The notes beneath the pieces are model-generated. The model saw only the letters and a program-made list of their open reading frames with translations, did no database searches and was not told the DNA's origin. 64,000 nt of DNA from Pavona decussata (taxonomy: Eukaryota): positions 744,001 to 808,000 of the forward strand of contig CDRNST010000119.1 in NCBI GenBank assembly GCA_977016875.1, in the 5' to 3' direction. The translations under genes and the position numbers were made by a program. This document shows, piece after piece, positions 37,451-49,126 of this stretch; the first letter of the stretch is position 1, and each line of letters begins with the position of its first letter.

Positions 37451-38949
37451 GAAAACGCACGTCGTTCCTACTCGCGACTACCAGCTTGCATTTGACAGCT
37501 GCAAAGCCCCCAGAAAAGGAGTTTTAAGAATTTAGTAGTCGCAGAAAAAATCAAGATGCAAATAAGTATGTTAAGAGAAAGATAATGGTAGGTAGGTAGG
37601 TAGACTTTACACAGCCACTTTGTTTAGTATGGTTTATTGGCGTAAAAGTTACATCCGCTTGTTGTTTTCCTTCTTAGTGTAGGAAAGAACTTGGAAAACA
37701 AACAGAAACCTTTTCCCGTACGTTATTTACTTTTTTCCATTCAAAGACTGGAACATCGGATTAGAACGTAGTGCTACAAACCAAGCGCAAGACTAGTCCA
37801 CACCTCAAACCAAGACATGTAATGAAACATTGGCATAAAATCAGCAAGAATTACACCGATGAAATAGAACTCACCAGAGGCGTATGAGCCCATGTGTAAT
37901 ACTGGAGATAGCGCGTTCTGCGTGGCCCTTTCTCTCGCTTTTTGCTCCGCTCCACGCTATCTTTAAGATTTCTTACAAAGATATCACCATCGTACCTAAA
38001 TAACAATAAAAATGCGATTTTCTTTCATTATACATTTCCTTCGATATGAAATAAATAATCGCCTTAGCTTAAATTACATTACGTAAATTACATTACACGC
38101 ACTCAAAACGAACAACCTACCCATTAGATTTCATCTCTGATATCAGTGCACTCCTCAAACTCTCCAAAGACGCGCTTTTGGTCTCGTTACCCTTGGTTTT
38201 TTCCCGTTTTCTGGTTGATTTTTACATTTTCGTTTCACCACTTTCCCCATCTCGCTCGATCACAACAGCGGAGTCTAAAACGTGTCTGCAATGCGATACT
38301 TTTGCCGCGAAATTCTGTGCCATTGTTGTTGACAACATGGGGTCCTGTTTCTCGATTGGCTCGCCACGTAATGGGGTGCATAATATCCTGGAGAGGCTTG
38401 TTTTTCTTGCAAACCTTTATCGAGCGAAAACTCGCACTTGAATTTTGGCAGAGTGTGTCGACTTTGAACAAATTAATAGGGTATGTAGTTTTGACGGATT
38501 CTCGTGAAATTTGGCCAGAAGATTCGAGGGATAATAAAAAACAAAAAAGTGTCAGGGAATTTTGATTTTTAAAATATTTTTCCCGTGGTGACTGTTTACC
38601 CAACACGCCTCAAATATTTTTTGCTACTCAAACTTTAGAGGAGGATATCTAAATAACTAATCAGAATTTCGTAAAAGCCTGACACCTTTTTGTTGATTGA
38701 TGCCTTGTCAATAACATTGTGCAACGGTTTCGTTCTTCGCGCTGCGTTCGATAACCGATTAATTCAATGGAACGACCATCGGTCGATTAGAGGTTCTACT
38801 GGCTCCTGGCACTTAGAAAAGGATAAGATCGCTAAATTATATTTTTTATAGGAAACTACATTTATTAAGCTTTATAATGATATATAGTTTGTTAGAGGTT
38901 TTTTAAAACTTGCACGCGTACGAATTTTTTTCCAAAGGACACCCGCGAA

Positions 38950-41620
38950 CCCAGGAAGTATCCTTAAATTGCTCTAAGTCTCTTATTCTTCCATGCAACT
39001 CGCAAACAAATGCATACATTTCTGTTTGTAAATCTGTAGAAAATTTAAGATTTAGGCAGGACTCATGAAACCAGTTGTCACAGGATAATCACAACCTATC
39101 CAATGAGTTGTCTTGGGGGCTTTTAAACTGGGATTTGTATATTTGCACGTGCCCATGTGAAAGAAGTTACAATGTCTCGGGTCATCATCATCTTCATCTT
39201 CTTCATGCAACTCGTTTGTTGCTGTAGATCTAACGCTAGTTTGGACGGTGGACGCTGCAAGTTCTGAAAGGGCGTAGGAGTAGCACTGCTTATTTGTCTC
39301 AGCAGCACAACAAAGAATTTCGTTATCAAAATCAAGCAAATCATCAATGGTGATAGTCTCACTTTCGTCAGGCTCGTAGCTCACATCAGCTAAGTTTTCC
39401 TCCATTCCCGGATTGATGTACAAAATTTCCCCTGAATCATCCAATCTTAAGATGTTGGTAGCAGCTAGAAGTCGTTGTATGGTTTTAAGAACCTCTTTCT
39501 CTGCTTCTTTGATGCTGCTCAAAAGTTCCTCTTCTAGTAACTCTGGCCAGGCTTTGGTTGAATCATCTGGGACATTCTTAAGTTTCAGTTCATCAAGTTT
39601 TGCAATTCTCCCACAAATGTCGAGCATTTCAAGCATACATGTACCAAAATTTGTTTTTTCCTTACAAAATCCACGACAGCGTGCAAACAGCCTCTCACCT
39701 GCCAGAAGCAAAAGTAGATGGATGAAAAGGTTGATTGGGAAAGTATTTAGAATACAATTTCATCAACGATATAAGCGAGTGTCCTGCAATAACTATATCA
39801 TTATATGTTTGCATGAATATAAAAGAAGATTCTATCGGATGAGACGACATCTCAATCCAAGATTTCCACAGCCTAACAAAACACACCGATGACCATGCAA
39901 GCTTTGCAAGTTCTTTCACAGATAACTTTTCCTCTGTATAAGCTCTCATCATGTTATATCTTGCCTTTACGTAAACACGAATTGCCTGGGTGCCATCATT
40001 ATTCCATTCGCACAAGCATTCTCGGACTTGGAGCTGCAAAATTCTAAGTGCGCATCCACATTATGTTTGTCACGAGCAAAAATGTAACTCTTCCATAATC
40101 CACTTCTTAGTTTTTTTGATTCAAACAATCGCATCAAGTCCTCGATCATGATGAAAAAATCTCCTAGCACCAAGACTCTTCGCACGTTCAAAAGTTGGTT
40201 ACTCCATTTTTTAATTAGATGCCTCCAATCAGGAAATGCCAGAGTAGGAATTTTCAATTCATTAACATTCTTGACGATAGAAACCAAATTGAACCCCTTG
40301 TGAGAGACTTCAATCATCTCACCCAACATCCCGGGCCTTTTAAGAAACACGTTGAGGAAAAACTTTCTAAATTTTGAGTCTCCATCTGTGCCAATCCCAA
40401 GTATTTCAAAGTATGTTGAGCTCCCCAGTTTAAGGCCTTCATGAACCAATCCATCGCTGTAACAGAGTCCTGGCCTTTAACTACAGGTGAAATTGCAAGT
40501 GTAAAACTTGGCACGTGCTTTTGCAGGGGTGTCAAAACAAACGAATTGGCTAGTTGCGCCTTCTCTCTACTTCTGTCGTGTGTCACGTCAATGATGTCTT
40601 GTGCTGTACGTACAAAAATATCCTCTTCAGAAGCAACTCCAATGATTTTGTTTCCTCTTATTCTTAGGCCAGGCAAAATTGCAGTAGCATCAACAGCCAG
40701 GGCAAATGGTCCCTTGTAGCCAATGGGATCATAAAATGACGCTGCTATTGTGAACTGACCTTCTGCTAGCTTAGTAGGAATCGGAACTTTACTTAAAGCT
40801 GTTGCATAGGTTGTTTGAAGACTTGGCCCGCCAATTTTTAGCAACACTGGGCCACCATAATCAAGAATTATTGCGAACAAAGACTTGGTGTCATCATTCC
40901 AGTGCTTTTGCCCGTTAATGTTATGCGTGATGAGATCAGAAACAATCGATATTAGTTTGCTGCTTTTTTCAACTTTATTTCGTACTTCTTCAGCCAGCTG
41001 AAGCGCAATTTCTGGTAACTGTTGCTTTATGCACTTTCTGTTGAGATCTTGCTGCAGTTCTTGAATCGCACCTTCTTTGTCAGTTAGTTAAATCTGAATT
41101 TCCACAATCCTCTTCCGATACATTTCTGATAATGATATTTGCTCCACCATATCGTGGATGAGCGGGGTGACTATATCCTTAATACTGTCTCTGGTACCAT
41201 CCTCTGACGGACCTAAAAGGCACTGGAACCTAAAAGAGTCACTTATTCTCCTTGGAACGCCTCTATTTTGAATCAGTATATTTGAGATTTCCTTCTCAAT
41301 CTGTGAAGTTTTATAGACTCGTGACAAGGCTGAACTAAGTAAAGATTTTTCAGTTACTTTCCTAGCCTGTGAAAGATGCTCCACATAGGCCAGTTTTTCA
41401 TTGCCTACAATCTCTTTAACTGGAACATGTCACCATTTCACCCAGCCTTTGCCCGAATGCCCTGTTCATTTCTTGGCGCATGTTTGCCACTGCCTGTGAA
41501 AGAAAGTATGGGAGTGTCTTCCTCACAGCGACCAGGTTTTAATAAAGAGAGCCGGTATCAAGACGGTAGGAAAACGTCAATTGGCAAAAACCCAAGCTAT
41601 ACATTATAAAATGTTGCCTT
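38950..41620 (-). pseudogene. P-element-superfamily transposase with C-terminal PHD finger, frameshifted
   Basis: LAVDATA (D), GTDGDS (D), PDWRHLIKKW (DxxH), RDKHNV, ERLFARCRG (E); PHD-like HWIGCD..WFHESCL..FVC. Confidence 0.75.
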
Positions 41621-41684
41621 ACCTTTTCAGTTTGTACCACCGACACCATCCCTTCATCCACTTCTGGGCTGGAAAATATGTACA

Positions 41685-42122
41685 TTCGTATTCAATCAAC
41701 TGACAGTTATATGAAACGGAAAGTCTGTCTGTATGTTTTTCACTGCTTATTTGTATGCCTTTTAAAAATTATTTTACAAGGACAAATCACGATTTTAATA
41801 CTAAGAACAGATTTTCATCAGTTCAATTCCGAAGATGAAACTGGAGTTTGGTCGGCAAAATTTCTATTTTTTAGGTGCTCTTATTTACAATAGTTTACCG
41901 TTGGAGATCCGTAAACTAAACTCCAGAGTCTTATTTAGGCAAAAAGTCAATGAACATTTTTATTTGTAATTTTTTATAGTATCGCTTTTTACCTCTGTAT
42001 TTTCTGCTTGCATACTTTACATTTTTAGTTTTTTACAGGACCCCTTTGATAACAGTACTGTTTGTACTGATGGGTTTATCCTGTTTAAATATTCGTTTAT
42101 TATTATTATATTATTATTATAT
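41685..42122 (+). mobile_element. L2-type LINE 3' end with (ATT)n tail
   Basis: NHDFNTK..KLEFGRQ..GALIYNSLPLEIR; 3' UTR GGACCCCTTTGATAACAG; terminal ATT repeats. Confidence 0.75.
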
Positions 42123-42748
42123 AGCTTTTCTGGTAGTTGTTGCAGTGTAGTCACTTCGTGCGTTTCGTGAAGTTGATTGGCTCACAGAGGCCCTTTGTTT
42201 GGGGTTTTCGAAAAAACTGGAGAGCAGTTTCTTTCCTGTGGGAAACGATGTGCCTGTTAATTGTATTATGTACTAAAGCTAAAATAGACAATGTCCACCC
42301 GTTTTCTTTGTCATATCTTTAAATCTTTCAAACGAAAACCTTTCTAATTTTTGTCTTATGAAACAATAGTATCACTAAAACACAAACTGTTACTGATTCC
42401 GGATATCTGTGAGTAAATTACAAAAATTGAAAGAAAAAATAGTGGATTTCCTCTTTTATGGGCTAGAATTGCATGGCCGTGTGTACGTGTGTCTCTCTCT
42501 CATGGTTGCATATTGCAACACATTACTGCTTGGTTGCAAAGCGCGCCGGAAATCCTGGCAAAATTCATTCGGCCTGCTACCATTTGACAGTATTTGCGTT
42601 GGTGTACACGGGTTTACGGTTCTTCAATCGACTTTGGACACAAGATAAACAAGATACTTGGAAATAAGTGATGGCAGATAACTTCATAGAATCAGTAGCA
42701 GAAGTACGTGGCTTGGAACTCGACGAAGATGGTAAGAACGCCAGATTC

Positions 42749-42844
42749 ACACACTGATTTCCTGACATCAAAAGATGCCCTCTCAGGTACTTAAACATTG
42801 TTGAAGTTCATCAGTGGCTGGACAAACATAAACAAGAACTCTGA
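42749..42844 (+). pseudogene. C-terminal remnant of a second AcademH-type transposase
   Basis: FPDIKRCPLRYLNIVEVHQWLDKHKQEL* aligns without gaps to the end of the 2614 gene (YGGMKSSFLSNFEIQDMHRWIDNHKEY); it converges on the helicase. Confidence 0.65.
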
Positions 42845-43583
42845 AACAGAAACTAGAGTTACAACTTACAGAAATACTTAGCACTTTAAATTTTCATATA
42901 TTATTCACAGCGCTGGAAGTAGCAACATGCTTTTGTCAATGTGGTTCAAATGTCTGTGGTAATAGCTAAAAAGATACAAGCAACTGTCTCCATTTGGTGC
43001 GGAAATATGCTCGGATATTTCTCCACGGACATTGTATTAGCTCAACCATGTGCAAGCGAAAATATTTGATGATTATAAATATTAATATTAAATGCCAGTG
43101 GAAATTAAAAATTATTATCAGTTGTAAAGATATGAGCCAAGTGCTAATGTCAGAGTTATTGTAATGAAGTGTGGCTTTAGATGGGACTCCTGTTCTTCCA
43201 GCACGTCCAGTCTCCTGCACATAAGACTCAATGTTGCTTGGTGGTGTGATGTGTACAACATGTTCCACATGAGGTACATTAACTCCCATTCCAAGCGCTG
43301 AAGTTGCCAATAACACCCTTACCCTTGAATTTACCTTTTTCTTTTCTGCGATAAGACTCTTTTTCATTCGTCTTGTTTGAGGAGCATGGAACTGAGCAAA
43401 CAGCCTTGCAGCTGGATCTTTTGTGTCACCCACAAATTGTTTATCCTGTAAGATTTGTTCAAACAAGCTATACACATAACCACAGTACTTACGTTTCAAG
43501 TAAATAATGGTCATGGGATACTTTTCCCTGTGCAGAGCCAATTCATTTGCAATTGGGATGACAATTGTGTCATAGCTTTCATA

Positions 43584-45039
43584 ACGGAGCTCCGCACGCC
43601 AGAGCGGGGCGCGCAGAGCCCCATTGATAAGGGATTTTGGTAAACCCATGTATGCGAAAAAATTTGGTTATGACGTCACTGTCTGTCCGGCAACGTATGT
43701 ACGCCGTACGTATGTCCGCCCCTCTATGTAAGCCATCGTTGAAATGTCACACAACCTGTGCGGCAACCCGCGTTCTTTCGGCAGGAAGTGGGATGGCTTT
43801 ATACTTCTTTTAGAAAACAAACGAGAATTTTGAAGAACACTAATTTCTTGTATTCGTTGAATATGTTGTCAAACTACATATGTCAAGAAAGTAGGCGACT
43901 AATAAGCAAATTTGAACCCCGAGAGTGACGAACAAACAGGCGAGATGTCAGTTGAAAACAAACATGTGGTGAGCTGGGTGAGTAAGCAAGTCGCATAGAA
44001 ATTAAATGCATTTTTGCAGGCAACTGTCAGTAATTTTCCATATTTAACATACTTCAAATTATATGCAATTACTTAAATCGTTGCCATACGACAAATATTC
44101 GTGGATAAATTAATTTTGAACATTCACAGAGCTATTCACAGAGTTATGTTTTGTGTTGGACTTGTGTAATTCATTCGCAGGGTACATTTGTAAACACGCA
44201 GTAAATGTTTAAATATTTCGGACCACAACCAAACATTATTTTTCCTTTATTCTCCTTTTGTTAATGTTTACTTATAGACTTGAATTATTTCTGTAGGAGA
44301 AATATTCACAGAGTTATGTGTCGTTTTGAGCATTTTGTGTCGGGCTTCTCTAATTCATACGCCATTCGCAACGCACAAGTTTTGTGTTTTATTTCTTTAG
44401 GAGAAATATTCCTAGAGTCATTAATTGTTTTGAACATTTTGTACTTGTCATTCGCAGTGCATATTTGTGAACAGCACGCCCTAATTTTAAAGTAAACGTT
44501 CAAATATTTCGAACCATAACCAAACATTATTTTTTCCTTTATTTCTTTTCTTGTAACGTTTATTATGAGACTATAAATATTTCTGTACGAGGAATATTTA
44601 CAAAGTAATAAATTTTGAAACAAATATTTTATTTTTATCCGAGAGGCCAAATTGCAGGCGTGAAAACATTACGTGGTAGCCAAATTTTCTTTATTGTACG
44701 CATTTCAAACTTTACACAAATGCATTAATAGTTCCCACACTAGAAATATTTTAGAGAGAGCGTAATTTTTTCATCCACAAGTGTTTTATGCTCTCGAAGG
44801 TCATTGGAATTCAGCAGTGTGATCTCCCATGATCAACAAGAACAGCTTATGGCTTAAAACATTTCCCGCTGACGCGCAAAAAGTTTGCTTTGTATGCACT
44901 TAAGATATCTATAACTCAAGAGAGGATGAAGAATTTGTAAGGTTATTGCGTTCATACAATAAGCAGAGTAGCATGTATATAAATGCTTTTAAAAAGGAAT
45001 TGTGGAGCTCCGCTGTTAGGCGTGGCTAAATATATATAT
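43584..45039 (+). mobile_element. Non-autonomous Helentron/DINE-1-like element
   Basis: Subterminal GGAGCTCCGC near both ends, GTCC/GTAT-type microsatellite near the 5' end, small 3' hairpin TTAGGCGTGGCTAA. Excision restores the helicase frame (HHG|YESY). Confidence 0.65.
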
Positions 45040-45177
45040 TATCCATGGTGACTACTCATCCTCACCTTCTTGTCACAATAAATGTTTGACCGGTTTGGGT
45101 TTGCAGCAACAACTTTACAACCTTCATACAATGACAAACTCTGCTTTAAATTTGTGAGCAAATGTGGTGGTGCAGTT

Positions 45178-46309
45178 TTAATTTATTATTATTTTGAAAA
45201 ACACAATACTTACAATACAATATGAGCACCACTTACACCTATTACAATGCTTATTTACATTACTCTACTTACGGTCAGTAATAATTGCACTGCTTACAGT
45301 ATCCAACTCTACTAACAACACTAACAGCTAATTATACTAATAGATACAAAAAGTACTATCTGCCTGGAGTAAAGATAGTATATTTAAAAGTATAACAATA
45401 AACGCAATCAAGTCAAGTAGTCAGTTTAGCTGGTGTTGGCATTTTCAGCTTGCCGGTAGAAGGACTTAAGTTTTGACTCACCATTCAGCTTAAAAATGAT
45501 CCTGGCCGGTACGCTCCAAGGAATATAGGCAAATTGGACATCTTCTCGACTACGGATTTCATTTAGGTGTCTCTCTTTAAGCTTTTTACGCTGCTCCCTC
45601 GCAGATTTTGATACATCGTCTGAAATGTATAGATTTGCTTCATGGAAAGGATTCTCTTTTAATTTAGAGGCAGCATTACGCAAGATGTATTTCTTGGCGG
45701 TACATCTTAGTAAATATACATGGACTCGCCTTGGTAGACCAGCCCCGCCTGTAGCACTTTGCCGTTGTTTCATATTGGTGCGGTGGGCCCACATTACTTC
45801 TATCTCCTCTAAGCCCATATGTTTCGTCAGGATCGAAGTTACCAGCGGTAAGCAAGACGAGTCCTTTTCGACACCTTCTGGAATGTTCCAGATCATAATA
45901 TTATTTCTCTTAGAGCGGTTGTCAATTTCTTCTAGTTTCTTCTCGAGTAGTTCTACTTGTACTACATTAGCTTTCTTTACCAAAGTTTCTTTTACTGTTT
46001 CCATTTCTTGATTCATCGCTTCTAAACCTGCGGATACTTTGCTCGTTGTAGTTTCAAGAGTTGTCAGCTTCGTTAGAATAGTATCATGCCGACTTTAGCT
46101 AGAAGCTTCCAACTTATCGATTTTTTCTGCAAGACTTTTCACAAGATGACTCAGCTCTGCAATGTTTTCTGCCGACATATTAGACTAAACTGTAAGCTTC
46201 TTTCCTGAGCGCAGAATACTCATAATAACAACATTGAATAAAGCCATTTTAGATACTTTTCGAGCAGAGCACATAATTGGCACGTCTTACTACCTCGAAG
46301 CCATGCCCA
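45178..46309 (-). mobile_element. ORF1-only L1/Tx1-derived retroelement (HAL1-like) with 12-bp TSD
   Basis: TSD GGTGGTGCAGTT at 45166-45177 and 46310-46321. ORF1 46178-45426 has one internal stop (IDNRSKRNNIMIWNIPEG, AHR, YISDDVS). About 250-bp 3' UTR, AATAAA and short A tail; no ORF2. Confidence 0.88.
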
Positions 46310-46849
46310 GGTGGTGCAGTTGCAGTAAGGGCCATGATTGCTACAGTAGGGAAAAAGGCCTTTAAAGCAGATAAATCTTTAAAATCTGTTCTAAATTCTT
46401 CACCCTTATGAACAAAAAATATAGATAATGTAAGAAAAGAGTCATAGTGCCATTTATATTGTCAGGGGACAAAAAAAATTGGTGTCCAATAGCCTAGAAC
46501 TAAAAAATACCAGCCAGACTATATTATTATAATAATAATTTAATGCTGAATGCCAGATAGTCAAGCAAAGTTTTAGTATTGTTTAGTTTTGGCACTACCT
46601 GTTTGGAAGAAGCGGACTTAAATTTACTAATCTTTTTCACACTAAATGCAAAGACATTGTAATTTTAATCATAATTGCAGATGTTGGGGAGTGTTAGTAC
46701 AATTAGTATTTGTATTATAAAGGCTGCTTTCTCTCTTATAATTGAATAGAGATACGATTATAAAAATACTCTAAACGTAACCAACAAAAACATAAGTTAA
46801 TGATCAGATTAGAGAATTCCGTTTTATATAATTGAATAAGGGACTTGTT

Positions 46850-48187
46850 TTTTTTTTTACAGGAAGGTAACAAGAGGCTGTTCTTTTTGTTACCTGGAGT
46901 CAGCATCAATGTACATTCCATAGACAGGACTCTCAGACTGGAATTGTGCACGAAGGTGTTTCTGTACCATTTGTCTACTGAAACCATAGACTTTCTGTTC
47001 TAGTTCCCTCTCATGCCAAGGTAATAAAGCAATCAGACGGCCTTCGTGCTGTATCCATTCAGGATATCCTCCTTGTCACAACTGGCCAATATTAACAATG
47101 GAACTCTGACAAGACAACGTCATAAGTTGTATCAACATCAATTCCAATCAAATGGTTTATGGTGAAACTGCAGTTCAGAGGCCCAATGTGCTGCTCTCTT
47201 GCTATCCTCTGAAGGGCTAGCACGGGATTATCATAGCAGAACCTTATGAAGGCATGGCAATGTAGCGCCAGTAATGCATTCAGACTGAGATGGAATGGTC
47301 ATCCCTCTTTTGCAATCTTGGGATCAAAAGGGGACATTAAAACCAACTTCTCCACACAGGTGCAGAAAATAGCATCTAGATTCTGAGCTCTCTCTCTGAA
47401 GGACATGTGGAGAACATAAACCAGAATTCTTTCAAGGGTCTTCCGTAATGGTCTGTAGGCTCGTTTCTTCCACCTCTGGAAGCTGGTAACAAAACTGTGC
47501 TTTTTCTTTATGAACAAATGAATCAAGGAAAAAGTGCACTGCCAGCATGGACCAGTGGCCTTTAAATAGCTTGAGAATATTGCCTGTGTCGTCATTCCTG
47601 GCATAGTGAACAGCACAGAGTTCAGGCGCATCCACACGATTTAATATTGTGTACAATGCGTTTTCCAAGGGTGTATCACTGGCTGGGTTTCCTCCAAGAA
47701 TTATGCCATCACTGTCGTTTACCACAACTGTGTCGAGGTATGCAAAACATCCAAACGACCCCTTTCTGGAACAGAGGCTTGATAAGCACTTTGATCCAAG
47801 TATGGCTGGTGAAGCTCATCTCCAACTTTACACTCTGTGTAGTATGTCTGGAACAGCTTGTAACGCATTTTTCACTTTCCTGTTGGTTAAGTGACTGAGC
47901 GGCTCATTACTAAACTCCAAAATCGGGAACTGTTGGACATTCTTATGCACCTTCATAGCATCACCCAGGGCCGAGGCAGGGCTTCCAATGTCAATCTTCT
48001 CGTATAGAACTACAGCTATTCGAGGCCGCCTTGCTCATTGAGAAGCTGTTTTTTGCGATTCTGGTGCATCTTCTGGTTCGCCTGGCAAGGCCTTCATGGC
48101 TGTGCTAATCAGCTTGCCAACCTCACACGTTAGCTGAATGTTGAGTTAAAATTTCTGCTGTATGGCCAGGCATAATTTATTTAGAAC
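46850..48187 (-). pseudogene. Large decayed exon of unknown function (about 440 codons), repeated in each unit
   Basis: After an acceptor at 48188 one frame runs about 250 codons with 4 internal stops (VLNKLCLAIQQKF*..RIAVVLYEKID..FKGHWSMLAVHFFLDSF) and continues after frameshifts. Confidence 0.5.
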
Positions 48188-48547
48188 CTACACAAAAAAA
48201 TGTACAACTTACTCACCCATGGCTAGAGCTGTGTTTATTACCATAATGGTTATCATCATCATCGTGTCTTTTATTTAAACACAATAAAATTCGCGTCAAA
48301 AATTATATTCTCTTACTTCTTAGCCCTATAAAAAGAAAACTGTTTTTGTCTTGGAAATACAACGCTGTACCTCGTTCCTGTACTTTGCAACAAGAAAGCC
48401 CATTTCTGAGACTTTTTAGTTTAAATCGGTTAAAATAATAACATTATTTCATTTTGAGTCACATCAATTTAAGACATTTGTTTTCTTTATCTGCTGAGCA
48501 ACAACAATGGTTGAGGCATTTGTTGCACTTACTATGCGACAACTTAC

Positions 48548-49126
48548 TAAGATGGAGAGTGCGTGTATTGCCTCATGCCTTATTTGCATCCTGCAATGTT
48601 GCTGGGAAATTTTCCGGAGCTCTTTTGATGGTGCTCAACTGGTCGTCAGAGAAAAGTGTTTTCCAGTGTCTTCCGTCTTCTGTGTAGCAAACAAGAAGTT
48701 CTTCATTTGCACGGATATTTCGCTTTGATTTGTTTCAAAGGAAACCCTTTCGCTTGGGAAACTGGCAGTTACCACGTTCAGCTATCAGCCTAGAGAACTT
48801 GGATCCTGCCAAGGAAAAAGGAAACAATCCGTCATTGCAATTTTTCCCCAACCCTGTTTCGTACTCCTTTTCTGTGCTGTCAGTGTCCACGGAAAATCCC
48901 TTTTTTTTGGACAGTCACAAGGTAATCCCCAGATCTATTCGGATCATGCCAGCCTACAGTAGCTGTTGGTGCATAGGCAGAAACAAATGTGTCGGTAGGT
49001 ATTGCTCAAACAGTAAAGAGCCCAGTGCCTGTACTTGCACCACCGATACCAATGCAAGTACTTTCACGAACCTGCAAGTGGTCCTCTGCTGTAGAAACAG
49101 GGGAATAATGGTGTCGCTCGCAATTT
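48548..49126 (-). pseudogene. SET-domain (lysine methyltransferase-like) exon; copies at 51285-51863, 54022-54600, 56759-57337, 59496-60074, 62232-62810
   Basis: Manual translation after acceptor TTTTAG: LQVREST..GTGLFTV*AIPTDTFVSAY..GDYL..(frameshift)..GLGKNCND..GNCQF..KRNIRANEELLVCYTEDGRHW; candidate donor GTAAGT at 48547. Confidence 0.75.

Larger units (their letters stand above)
43143..46405 (-). pseudogene. RecQ-like SF2 helicase (AcademH-type) split by two insertions
   Basis: 46405-46310 GEEFRTDF..FP..MALTATA; 45177-45041 PPHLL..NPNRSNIY..HHG; 43583-43143 YESY..TIIY..AQFHA..LATSALGMGVN..YVQETGRAGRTG. Motifs I and II not found in the window. Confidence 0.88.

Noticed and set aside
38549-38686. 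Short inverted repeat GTGTCAGG...CCTGACAC as a MITE
   Set aside because: Only 8-9 bp with no clear TSD; insufficient support.
42966-43649. Functional host RecQ/WRN/BLM gene
   Set aside because: Both ORF ends are foreign sequence, motifs I and II are missing, it carries two insertions, and it is paired with an Academ transposase tail.
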